From positions 4,173 to 68,172 of the forward strand of contig CAZCMV010000002.1 in the NCBI GenBank assembly GCA_964500125.1: DNA of 64,000 nt. The letters are read 5' to 3'. Numbering within the stretch: the first letter of the stretch is position 1; each line of letters starts with the position of its first letter. This DNA comes from an uncultured Bdellovibrionales bacterium. GTDB lineage: Bacteria > Patescibacteriota > Minisyncoccia > Moranbacterales > GWC2-37-73. Below are positions 19,789-28,736 of this stretch, one piece after another. The notes under the pieces were generated by a model. The model saw only the letters and a list, made by a program, of their open reading frames with translations. It ran no database searches and had not been told where the DNA came from. The position numbers and the translations under genes were made by a program.

Positions 19789-21618
19789 TTATTCTTGGAT
19801 TTTTTCTATTCCAACTATAACATCGTATTCCTCTTTTTCGATTGTTTCTTTTTCCAATAAGAGCTGCACCAATTTTTGTATCAATTCTTTTTTCTCCACA
19901 ATAATTCTATTCGCCTTTTCATAAGCCTCCTCAATAAAACGAGAAACTTCTACATCTATTTTTTGCGCAGTTTCTTCAGAATAATCCTTTTCTTCGTTTA
20001 TTTCACGACCCAAAAAAACAAGGTCTTCTTTCTTTCCAAAAGTACGAGAACCAAGTGCGCTCATGCCATATCTGGTTACTAAGCTTCGGGCGATTCTAGT
20101 AGCACGCTCTAAATCACTTGAAGCTCCTGTTGTTATGTCTCCACAAAAAATTTTCTCAGCAACACGACCTCCCAAAAGTGTCGCCAACTCATCCTTGAAA
20201 TAAGCAAGGGAATGCAAACTCCTGTCTTCTGTTGGCACAGAGAGTGTATATCCCCCGGCCTGACCACGTGAAATTATGGAAACTTTTTGCACCGGATCAG
20301 CATTTGGCAGACTTGATGCTACAATGGCGTGTCCAGCCTCATGAAAAGCAACTATTTCTTTTTCTTTTTTGTTAATTACCTTACTACGTCTTTCTGGACC
20401 AAGAATTACTTTTTCAACAGACTCTTTTAACTCATCTATACCAATCTGTTTTTTTCCTCTTCTCACGGAAAGAATAGCAGCTTCATTGACCAAATTACCC
20501 AAATCAGCGCCAGAAAATCCGGGGGTTCTTTCAGCCAAGGTATGCATATTTATATTTTTTTCCAATGGCTTATTTTTGGAATGAATCTTAAGAATCTCTT
20601 CCCGTTCTGAAATATCAGGCAAATCCATAGTAACACGACGATCAAAACGCCCTGGGCGGAGTAATGCAGGATCAAGTACATCCGGACGATTAGTCGCCGC
20701 AAGCACAATAATGCTAGCATTACTTTCGAAACCATCCATCTCAACCAAAATCTGATTCAAAGTCTGTTCCCGCTCATCATGACCGCCACCAAGACCGGCA
20801 CCACGATGACGACCAACCGCATCTATTTCATCGATAAAAACGATTGCTGGAGCATTTTTTTTGGCTTGTTTAAAAAGATCACGAACACGACTTGCTCCTA
20901 CACCAACAAACATCTCTACAAATTCACTACCGCTGATATTAAAAAATGGAACACCAGCTTCACCCGCGACAGCTTTGGCAATCAAAGTTTTTCCAGTTCC
21001 GGGAGGCCCGAGCAAAAGAACGCCCTTTGGAATTTTAGCTCCGGCTTGTAAAAATTTCTTTGGGTGACGCAAAAAATCAACAACCTCACCAAGTTCCTCT
21101 TTAGCCTCTTTTGAACCAGCCACATCAGCAAAAGTAGTTCTTTTTTTCTTGTCTTTTGGATCCAACATTCTTGCTTTGCTCATACCAAAAGAAAGCGCTT
21201 GTGAATTTCCTCGCTGCGCTTGACGCATCATAAACCACAAAAAAAATCCTATCAACAAAAATGGGAGCAAGAAGGGAAGAATTATCCCCATCCACTCTCC
21301 GAATTTTGAAGATTGTTTTATTTCAATCTGAACTCCTTTCAATTTTTCTTTGTCTACATCATAGTTGTCTAAAGTCTGAGTAAGAGAACTCTGCGATTCC
21401 TTAAAAGATTTCTCTTTTGTTCCGTCAGCAAGCTCAATAGCTAAATCATTATTGCTAACCTCCACACTTTTGACTTTCCCTTCGTTTATTTGCGTAGCAA
21501 GTTCGCTAAGAGAAATTTCGCTAGGCTTTTGAGTAGGAGCGTTATAAAGAATCATTATACCTGAAATTAGCAAAAAAATCATCATTATAATCGCAATATT
21601 CTTGATCATCTTCTCCAT
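19789..21618 (-). CDS. ftsH: ATP-dependent zinc metalloprotease FtsH
   Basis: Walker [12 protein letters not shown] region, HEAGHA zinc motif, N-terminal TM pair. Confidence 0.95.
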   Translation of the reverse strand: MEKMIKNIAIIMMIFLLISGIMILYNAPTQKPSEISLSELATQINEGKVKSVEVSNNDLAIELADGTKEKSFKESQSSLTQTLDNYDVDKEKLKGVQIEIKQSSKFGEWMGIILPFLLPFLLIGFFLWFMMRQAQRGNSQALSFGMSKARMLDPKDKKKRTTFADVAGSKEAKEELGEVVDFLRHPKKFLQAGAKIPKGVLLLGPPGTGKTLIAKAVAGEAGVPFFNISGSEFVEMFVGVGASRVRDLFKQAKKNAPAIVFIDEIDAVGRHRGAGLGGGHDEREQTLNQILVEMDGFESNASIIVLAATNRPDVLDPALLRPGRFDRRVTMDLPDISEREEILKIHSKNKPLEKNINMHTLAERTPGFSGADLGNLVNEAAILSVRRGKKQIGIDELKESVEKVILGPERRSKVINKKEKEIVAFHEAGHAIVASSLPNADPVQKVSIISRGQAGGYTLSVPTEDRSLHSLAYFKDELATLLGGRVAEKIFCGDITTGASSDLERATRIARSLVTRYGMSALGSRTFGKKEDLVFLGREINEEKDYSEETAQKIDVEVSRFIEEAYEKANRIIVEKKELIQKLVQLLLEKETIEKEEYDVIVGIEKIQE

Positions 21619-21643
21619 ATTTATCCTTTTTTATAATAAATTA

Positions 21644-22612
21644 TTAGTTCTTTTTAGCTATACCGATGATATCACCTTTACGTTCTATTTTCAAGTTAGC
21701 CATAATGGCTCTTTGTGGCTTATTTTTAGTACTTTTTACTATCTTGAGCAACTCCTCAACATTGGAAGCTGTAATTCCTTTGTTGGAACCTTTTGCTTCA
21801 GCAAGGCACTTTCGCAAAAGCAATCTTTGTTTTGAAATATGCAATGTTTCAATACGCTCCACAGATAGTGATACTTTTCCGTCGATATTTTTATTGCATA
21901 AATAAGCATAACTTCCGGATTCTTCCAAAAGCGCGTAATCGGCAGCCACATGCTCTGACCAGCGAGCGATTGTTTCCCTAATTGAAGGGTTAAAATCGCG
22001 CTCAAGATAGGGAAGAAGTCTATTTCGGACCTTATTTCTCAGATATTTGATATCCAAATTGCTTTTGTCGATTCGGTACTTAAGCTTATTTTCCTTTAGA
22101 TAAGCCAAAATAATTTGGCGGGAAATCTGCAGGAGAGGCCTGATTGTGGCTCCGCTTCGCGCTTGCATGGCTGAAAGACCTTTTAATCCGCTGCCACGAA
22201 TAATACGCATAAGCACGGTTTCAACTTGATCATCCCGGTTATGTGCCACAGCAATAAGGTCAAAATCGTATTTTTTGCGCATTTTTTCGAAAAAAGCATA
22301 GCGAAAATTGCGCATTTGCTCCTCGCTTGTCATTTTTGGCTTGTTTGAGCACAAAACATTTATCGGTAAATTATATTTCTTTGCCAAATCCCTCACAAAA
22401 GCTTCGTCAGCCTGAGAATCTTCCCCACGCAAGCCATAGTTGACATGGGCGATTCGGAGCGAAAAATTGTATTTTGGAGCCAAAAAAGCAAGCACATGCA
22501 AAAGGCAGACGCTATCCGGTCCGCCAGAAACACAAACGATGATTTTAGTACCTTTTTGCCAAAGCTCATGTTTGTAGGCTGTATTCTGTATTGTTTTGAC
22601 TAATTTGGCCAT
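21644..22612 (-). CDS. tilS: tRNA(Ile)-lysidine synthetase
   Basis: PP-loop IVCVSGGPDSVCLLHVL; ftsH-tilS adjacency. Confidence 0.85.
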   Translation of the reverse strand: MAKLVKTIQNTAYKHELWQKGTKIIVCVSGGPDSVCLLHVLAFLAPKYNFSLRIAHVNYGLRGEDSQADEAFVRDLAKKYNLPINVLCSNKPKMTSEEQMRNFRYAFFEKMRKKYDFDLIAVAHNRDDQVETVLMRIIRGSGLKGLSAMQARSGATIRPLLQISRQIILAYLKENKLKYRIDKSNLDIKYLRNKVRNRLLPYLERDFNPSIRETIARWSEHVAADYALLEESGSYAYLCNKNIDGKVSLSVERIETLHISKQRLLLRKCLAEAKGSNKGITASNVEELLKIVKSTKNKPQRAIMANLKIERKGDIIGIAKKN

Positions 22613-22620
22613 ATAAAAAC

Positions 22621-23184
22621 TTAACTATTTTTTTCTATAATTTCGGCTACTTTTTGGATAGCTTCATCTAGTTTTCCTTCTTCATTAATTACTGTATAAT
22701 CGTAAATGTCCGTGTGTTTGAGCCATTCTTTGGTGTATTCCATGCGCTCTTGAATATATTCTTCACTAACTCCATCACGCCTTCTGATTCTGTCAGCTAA
22801 TATTTCCAAGCTTGGCGCATTAACGAATATTGCCTTTATCTGTGGATAAATTTTTTTGGCTGTTTCAACCCCCTTGTATTCTATTTTCCAAATTCCCACT
22901 TTTCCTGACTGCGAAACTCTTTCTATTTCCTCTTTAGTAACACCATATAAATTTCCATTATATTGCTGTGCCCATTCAGCAAAACCACCTTTATACCTTT
23001 TAGCAATAAACTCCTCCTTTGAAATAAAATAATATGGATTGCCCATGAATTCCCCTGGGCGCTTATCTCGGGTAGTTGTAGTTATTACACGCTCAATGGG
23101 AAATATTTTTTCCAAACCATTAATTATGGAGTCTTCGCCAGCTCCTGATGGTCCTGAGATGATAAATAGTCTCTTTGTATCCAT
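22621..23184 (-). CDS. gmk: guanylate kinase
   Basis: GPSGAGEDS P-loop, TTTTRDKRPGE motif. Confidence 0.85.
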   Translation of the reverse strand: MDTKRLFIISGPSGAGEDSIINGLEKIFPIERVITTTTRDKRPGEFMGNPYYFISKEEFIAKRYKGGFAEWAQQYNGNLYGVTKEEIERVSQSGKVGIWKIEYKGVETAKKIYPQIKAIFVNAPSLEILADRIRRRDGVSEEYIQERMEYTKEWLKHTDIYDYTVINEEGKLDEAIQKVAEIIEKNS

Positions 23185-23316
23185 TTTTTTAATAAGAATG
23201 TTTATGATAAAACTATAGCATAAGATTACTAATTTTATTACAATAATATTTTTAGGTCAAGCAAAAACCCGCCAAAAAGCGGGTTTTGCAATGAATATTT
23301 GCTAAAAACCTTTGAA

Positions 23317-24537
23317 CTATTCTTTCACAATAATCAATCCCATGCGGTGCTCTTTTGGTTCAATAGCAAGAATTTTCCATTTATAAGTTTCACCAGCGTG
23401 AAGCACTTCATCCATGCGCTTGCCAGGATAAACTTCCTGAAATTCGCTTACATGAGCCAATCCATGAATATCCTGATCGAGATATACGAATGCTCCAAAA
23501 GGATTAATTTTATCAACTTTTCCTTCCACGATGTCTCCGGACTTGTACTTTTTGCCAATTTCCGTCCAAGGATCCTTTTCCAACGCCTTCATAGACAGTG
23601 AGATACGGCGATCATCAATACCAATAACCTTTGCTCGCACCTTATCTCCCGTTTTTACAATCATGCGAGGATCATCAATAAGTTGCCAAGCAAGTTCGGA
23701 AATATGAACAAGTCCTTCCAGTTTATCGCTTTCCCTGCCTGACTCTTCTTTTGATTGTGGAAAAAATTTAATAAAAGCACCAAAATCAACAACTCCACTA
23801 ACCTCACCTTCAATAACGTCTCCAATATTCATTTGGGAAATAACTTCTTTTTCCTTCTCACTCATCGCTGCTCTTTCACTGACAATAAGTTTTTCAGTCT
23901 CACGGTCAGCATCCAGAATCCTAACTGTAAGTTCTTTTCCAACAAGTTTCTTAAGCAATTCCAAGATTTTATTTTTGTCTCCATCTTCCACACGCGGATA
24001 ATGTTCGCTAGCAAGTTGAGAAACAGGAATAAATCCAGTGATTCCATTTACCTCAACCATTAAACCTCCCTTATTAGCGTCTATTACTTTCGTATTAAAC
24101 ACCTCTTGCTCACCACAACGACGGGTCAAATCTTCCCAAGCTCTTTCATATGAGGCTTCTCTTATCGAAAGTTCAATATAGCCATCTTCATTTTCCAAAT
24201 CGACCAAAGTAGCAGTAACCTTGTCGCCCTTTTTCAATTTTCCGCCGCTCAATCCGTCTTTTATCTCTTTTCCAAGTACGATACCAGTGCCAAGCACACC
24301 TAAATCAAGTAGGAGTGAATTAGAAGAAACTTCCAGAACAGATCCTTCCAGAACATCACCAACCTGCGGAATCTCAATCGGATTCGCTTCCAAAAGCGCT
24401 CCCATTGGAGAGTCACTTTCTAAAATTTTAGACTTATCACCAGTATCAACAAGCATATTACCCTCATCGCTTGCAACCTCGTCCTTGATTTTGTCTACCT
24501 CTTCCGCTAATTTGTCTAAAATAGTCTTTTTTGCCAT
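23317..24537 (-). CDS. rpsA: 30S ribosomal protein S1 (four S1 domains)
   Basis: Repeated S1 OB-fold signatures (GxV.G.V..I..fGaFV). Confidence 0.85.
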   Translation of the reverse strand: MAKKTILDKLAEEVDKIKDEVASDEGNMLVDTGDKSKILESDSPMGALLEANPIEIPQVGDVLEGSVLEVSSNSLLLDLGVLGTGIVLGKEIKDGLSGGKLKKGDKVTATLVDLENEDGYIELSIREASYERAWEDLTRRCGEQEVFNTKVIDANKGGLMVEVNGITGFIPVSQLASEHYPRVEDGDKNKILELLKKLVGKELTVRILDADRETEKLIVSERAAMSEKEKEVISQMNIGDVIEGEVSGVVDFGAFIKFFPQSKEESGRESDKLEGLVHISELAWQLIDDPRMIVKTGDKVRAKVIGIDDRRISLSMKALEKDPWTEIGKKYKSGDIVEGKVDKINPFGAFVYLDQDIHGLAHVSEFQEVYPGKRMDEVLHAGETYKWKILAIEPKEHRMGLIIVKE

Positions 24538-24781
24538 ATTTTTAGATAAAAATGACAGCGCATCTCTGTCGATTATTATTAAATGATGCGTAATACAAAA
24601 ATTTCCTCAAAAATGAGGAAATTATTAAGAAATATCATGAGATTTATTCATCTCGTTATTAATTTTTCTTAATAATTACTTCAAAAACACTCTAACATAA
24701 AATATTTATTTTGACAATAGTCCTATAGGATCACCCTTGGGACCCTTTTCTTTTTCTATAATTTTGTTATATTATCTCGTT

Positions 24782-25276
24782 ATGAAAGAAGTCCTGACAA
24801 AATCAATTCAAGAAACGAAAAAACTCGCCCAAGAAATAGCGAGTGATTTTAAAGGTGGCGAGATTATTTGTTTATCTGGTGATCTAGGCGCAGGCAAAAC
24901 GACATTTGCTCAAGGTCTTTTGGAAACGCTTGGCGCCGAAGGACCTTATACAAGCCCGACATTTAATATAATCAAAGAATACAGAGTTGAGAATCTGGAA
25001 TTCAGAATAAGAATAGCGAATAAAGAATTTAAGGATGATGACGGATTCAAAATTCAAAATTCAAAATTCAAAATTCTTCGCATTTTCCATATCGATGCAT
25101 ACAGAATAAATTCCGATGATCTTCTTGAACTTGGCTTTCAAGATTTTGCAGGTAAAGAAAATACTGTCACCATCATCGAATGGCCGGAAAATGTGAAAGA
25201 CATAATACCCGAAACGGCAAAGTGGCTAGATTTTGAATGGCTTGATGAAAAAAAGCGCAAAATTTCAATAAACTAA
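24782..25276 (+). CDS. tsaE: tRNA threonylcarbamoyladenosine biosynthesis protein TsaE, with unusual internal insertion (start placed at MKEVLTKS)
   Basis: GDLGAGKTTFAQGL Walker A and SPTFNIIKEY motif; insertion ENLEFRIRIANKEFKDDDGFKIQNSKFKILRIF. Confidence 0.7.
   Translation: MKEVLTKSIQETKKLAQEIASDFKGGEIICLSGDLGAGKTTFAQGLLETLGAEGPYTSPTFNIIKEYRVENLEFRIRIANKEFKDDDGFKIQNSKFKILRIFHIDAYRINSDDLLELGFQDFAGKENTVTIIEWPENVKDIIPETAKWLDFEWLDEKKRKISIN
25045..25072 (+). repeat. heptanucleotide tandem repeat (ATTCAAA)x4 inside tsaE coding sequence
   Basis: Visible as attcaaaattcaaaattcaaaattcaaa. Confidence 0.8.
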
Positions 25277-25293
25277 CGAAAATCAATTTGTTA

Positions 25294-25324
25294 AAAAAAT
25301 TAGGCGAAACCTTTGCGGTTTCGC
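25294..25324. terminator. bidirectional rho-independent terminator between convergent tsaE and 25346..25756 genes
   Basis: GGCGAAACC-tttgc-GGTTTCGCC followed by T7; A-run upstream. Confidence 0.6.
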
Positions 25325-25345
25325 CCTTTTTTATAATGATGAGCT

Positions 25346-25756
25346 CTATCGAGTGAGCCAGCCGGTTTTTTCTTGCTTAGCTAGTTCCTCCTCGATTTTG
25401 CCCTCTTTTATGTTAGCACCTCTATTGTCGTATTTTATGACGACCGATTTTTCTTCTGCCAACATGGTTTTAATACGCCTTTCTATGGCCGACAAGGCTT
25501 GTTTTGTGCCCGGATCGACTTTTCTATAATTACCGAAAGGTTTTTTCACATCACCACCTTGCACATAAACAAAGCAGTTCTCCTCAAGTTTGTTTTTACA
25601 AACACCCAACGTCTCTTCTATACTTAGGACGCCTTCTCCTGTTTTATTTTTGACTACTTCTTTGACAATTGTAGTTACCATGTTTCTCTCCTTTTCCTGC
25701 AAATTCAGGATTTTGTAATTTTCCCCTGTGTTCAGAGGTAATTCACCATAGCTCAT
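25346..25756 (-). CDS. hypothetical 136-aa protein
   Basis: ORF track; no recognised domain; ends in a bidirectional terminator. Confidence 0.4.
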   Translation of the reverse strand: MSYGELPLNTGENYKILNLQEKERNMVTTIVKEVVKNKTGEGVLSIEETLGVCKNKLEENCFVYVQGGDVKKPFGNYRKVDPGTKQALSAIERRIKTMLAEEKSVVIKYDNRGANIKEGKIEEELAKQEKTGWLTR

Positions 25757-25848
25757 TTATACCTAAAATGCAAGCATTGACAAATTTCGTATTTGTGTTA
25801 TCCTATAATCCCTCTTTAACAATACAACATCACGGAAAGGAGAATGAA

Positions 25849-26352
25849 ATGCGATATGTGGGAGATTCCAATTTTAAAAGCACACTGGAAAAAATGGTGA
25901 CAAAACTTTTGTCTGGAGAAAGTCTACAGAATATAAATTTCCGTATAGTTCAGGGTGTTTATTTTTTAGCCCAAACCTGGACCATCGAAACGGACCACCG
26001 CGTTGTAATAAACAAAAAGCTTGGCAGAATGATGCACACAGATCGTGGCCTAAAGCGAGCGTACGCTGTCCTTGCCCATGAAATCGGCCACATATTCTTC
26101 CATAACTATTTCTTAGAAAAAGGGGCTCTTGCAAATGACACTTCTGCCTTTTCAGTCATGGCGGAAAAAGAAGCTGATAAGCATGCAGTACGCTTGCTGA
26201 AGAAACTTTATCCTAACCCGAAAGAAATTCTTTTGGATCAGATAGCATATGCACTGAAAATCTCGCTCAAGTATGCCAAAACTGAGGAAAAGAAAGGGCT
26301 GGCAAAAACTTTCGCCAAAGAGAGAAAACTTTCTTTGAATGAATTGGGTTGA
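25849..26352 (+). CDS. ImmA/IrrE-family (DUF955) zinc metallopeptidase (start at MRYVGDS with SD AAGGAGA 5 nt upstream; ORF track begins earlier)
   Basis: LAHEIGHIFFH HExxH motif followed by EKEADKHAVRLL, matching ImmA/IrrE E.EAN.FA..LL signature. Confidence 0.65.
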   Translation: MRYVGDSNFKSTLEKMVTKLLSGESLQNINFRIVQGVYFLAQTWTIETDHRVVINKKLGRMMHTDRGLKRAYAVLAHEIGHIFFHNYFLEKGALANDTSAFSVMAEKEADKHAVRLLKKLYPNPKEILLDQIAYALKISLKYAKTEEKKGLAKTFAKERKLSLNELG

Positions 26353-26387
26353 TTTTATTCTTTTTCTGTGCTACAATTGATTTATTG

Positions 26388-26420
26388 GAAAGACGGGTGA
26401 ACAACATCCGTCTTTTTTAT
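26388..26420 (+). terminator. rho-independent terminator after ImmA-like gene (AAGACGG-N11-CCGTCTT + T6)
   Basis: 7-bp stem and T-run. Confidence 0.55.
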
Positions 26421-26442
26421 TTAATTTGTTAAAAACAAAAAA

Positions 26443-26604
26443 ATGAGCTTAAAAGAACCGTTTATGCCTCAGCAAGAACCTGCCACCGAGGACAAAAAGG
26501 AGGGGCAGGGTCAAATGGTGGTTTATCCTGATGGAACCACCGAATTCGCAAAAGATGCTCAAGACGCCGCAGAAAAAATGCAAAAGTATCGCGAAAACAG
26601 ATAA
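26443..26604 (+). CDS. small ORF, 53 aa, acidic hypothetical peptide bracketed by terminators (below ORF-track size cutoff)
   Basis: ATG 26443, TAA 26602..26604; MSLKEPFMPQQEPATEDKKEGQGQMVVYPDGTTEFAKDAQDAAEKMQKYRENR; immediately followed by a hairpin + T-run. Confidence 0.3.
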   Translation: MSLKEPFMPQQEPATEDKKEGQGQMVVYPDGTTEFAKDAQDAAEKMQKYRENR

Positions 26605-26605
26605 C

Positions 26606-26640
26606 TCACCAAAAAACCCGATATTCATCGGGTTTTTTAT
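26606..26640 (+). terminator. rho-independent terminator (AACCCGAT-attc-ATCGGGTT + T6); second hairpin AGAGCC-N5-GGCTCT + T5 at 26650..26672
   Basis: Two tandem hairpin/T-run structures. Confidence 0.55.
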
Positions 26641-26820
26641 ATTAACAAAAGAGCCATTACAGGCTCTTTTTATTGTATTATTTTTCCGGCATTGTATATT
26701 TTTAATATCTGATATGAACGAATTTAAGGAATAAAAACGGATGAAATTCTGACATATTTCGCAACAGAACGAAAAAGAACCGGTCAGGCTCTTGGGGTTT
26801 TGTTTATTGACCATTTTAAT

Positions 26821-27696
26821 TCAGCAACATGATCTTATTTCATTTGAAATTTCAATCAACATTTTTCTGATAAGCTTTTGAAGTGCGGGTAATGTTTTTC
26901 TTAAAAATTTTCGGCGCTCTTCATCACGCTTTCTCTCTTCCTCTTGTGCCTCTTCTTCTGTAAGCAATCCGATAATCTCATTCTTGCATCGTGAAGAAAA
27001 ATAGTGCTTTTCATTTTTTTGTCTTCTTGCAATTGTTTTTTCTTCTTTTCTCGTCATTTCAACTAAATCCTCAATCGACATTCCATTAATTGCCTTTTTT
27101 CCATAAACCCTACTACAAGCAAGCCTGCACGCAATCATCATGGAGTCATTTATTAATTCCGTCATGGTTATACATTCGCCGATTCTTACCATGTAATCGC
27201 GTGTGGAATCAATTCCCATTTTGATGTCTAAAGTCCACAAAGCGCTCCATAGCGGTCCAAAATCAGCAAAACGCATGCTCTTTTCATAGAAGCCGGAATA
27301 ATCTCTTACATGATGCATCTCATCGTAAACTGCTGACAAGGTATATCCTAGAATAAAATATTTTTCTACCAACTTGCATATTTTAAAGTAAATCGGTGAA
27401 AGTATCTCATTCTCTTCCGGAAAATGAAGCGACAGTCCCTCGTGCCCATATCGATCGGAATGACTGTCGTTTTTTACTGCCTTTTTAAATAATGGAAACA
27501 ATTCCCTATGTACACCTACACATATCAGATCATGGCAAGAATAAAAGCTATTTGCCTTGTAAGAATTTACATTGTAATGATTGCTGTAATCCCGGGGCTT
27601 ATTGCTTTTACCTTCTCCAAATGGGCGCGCACCTGAATGCTTTTCCAGCCAATTCAATAATAAATCGGCATCCTCTTTACTTATTTTTTTGCTCAT
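26821..27696 (-). CDS. hypothetical 291-aa protein, His/Cys-containing N-half, charged coiled-coil C-terminus
   Basis: ORF track; no confident family assignment. Confidence 0.4.
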   Translation of the reverse strand: MSKKISKEDADLLLNWLEKHSGARPFGEGKSNKPRDYSNHYNVNSYKANSFYSCHDLICVGVHRELFPLFKKAVKNDSHSDRYGHEGLSLHFPEENEILSPIYFKICKLVEKYFILGYTLSAVYDEMHHVRDYSGFYEKSMRFADFGPLWSALWTLDIKMGIDSTRDYMVRIGECITMTELINDSMMIACRLACSRVYGKKAINGMSIEDLVEMTRKEEKTIARRQKNEKHYFSSRCKNEIIGLLTEEEAQEEERKRDEERRKFLRKTLPALQKLIRKMLIEISNEIRSCC

Positions 27697-27862
27697 GGCT
27701 CTATTATCCTTTTTGATTGTTTTTGATTGTTAATTTACTTTGTCAGCTTCATGCTAACGGCTTATACTAGCAGTTTTTTCATGTTTTGTCAATATTTTTC
27801 CGACACTATTTTTTAGATTATTTTCCGACATTTTTCCCCACTTTATTAACACTATTTACATA

Positions 27863-27895
27863 TTATCCACAGGGTTATACACTATATGTGGATAA
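27863..27895. promoter_or_regulatory. perfect inverted pair TTATCCACA-N15-TGTGGATAA immediately upstream of TrmB-family regulator gene
   Basis: Exact DnaA-box consensus in palindromic arrangement 24 bp before the ATG at 27919. Confidence 0.45.
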
Positions 27896-27918
27896 AGTGT
27901 CGGTATTTTTGAACAAAT

Positions 27919-28689
27919 ATGTCTACCAGCCTCAAGTCATTACAGAAACTAGGTCTTAGCGAAAAAGAAGCTAGGCTTTATTTGGTTTCCCTGGAAACAG
28001 GACCTGCCACCATTGCAAAATTGGCCCAGAAATCAGGAGTCAAAAGAGGCACCATATATGAATTTCTTGGCGAAATGATTGACAAGGGAGTTTTTGAAAT
28101 TTCAATTTCTGGAAAAAGAAAGCTTTACTGCGGCGTTGAGCCTAAAAAATTAAAGAGAATGATCGACAAACAAAGGAAAATTCTTGATAGTCTTATTCCA
28201 GATCTGTCTTTGCTCGCCTCCAAGGGAACCGAAAGACCTAAAATTAAATTTTATGAAGGTAAAGATGGATTATTATCAGCTTATTATGAAATTCTTAACA
28301 GCCCAAAAGGAGAGGAAATTTTAGGTTTTTCCACATTTAAAGGGGTTTATGAAATATTTTCAAAAATCGAAATAAATAATTATATCAAAAAGAGGGTTGC
28401 AAAAAAAATCAAAGAGAAGCTTATCATGCCGACTGATGAGCATATGCATAATCACCTTGCGGACAATAAAAAGGAGCTACGCGAAACAATTATGATTAAT
28501 AGGAAAAATTTTCCTATTAATAATGAAATAAATATTTATCAAGATAAGGTTGTTATTATATCCCTAGGCGAAGAAAAGGTAGCTGTCGTTATTGAGTCAA
28601 AACAAATTGCCCAGACGCAACGGGCTATTTTTAACCTGCTCTGGAAAAGCTTAAGAAAAAAGAAGGATACTGAAATAAATTCAGCATAA
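27919..28689 (+). CDS. TrmB-family transcriptional regulator
   Basis: N-terminal wHTH LGLSEKEARLYLVSLETGPATIAKLAQKSGVKRGTIYEFLGEM typical of TrmB. Confidence 0.6.
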   Translation: MSTSLKSLQKLGLSEKEARLYLVSLETGPATIAKLAQKSGVKRGTIYEFLGEMIDKGVFEISISGKRKLYCGVEPKKLKRMIDKQRKILDSLIPDLSLLASKGTERPKIKFYEGKDGLLSAYYEILNSPKGEEILGFSTFKGVYEIFSKIEINNYIKKRVAKKIKEKLIMPTDEHMHNHLADNKKELRETIMINRKNFPINNEINIYQDKVVIISLGEEKVAVVIESKQIAQTQRAIFNLLWKSLRKKKDTEINSA

Positions 28690-28736
28690 TAACTGCATAT
28701 TTGTATTATTTTAACTCTCATATATACTAAAGGACT

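Noticed and set aside
26449-26814. 121-aa minus-strand ORF
   Set aside because: It overlaps two hairpin terminators and the small plus-strand ORF. It is low complexity and lies antisense to a region with clear terminator structures.
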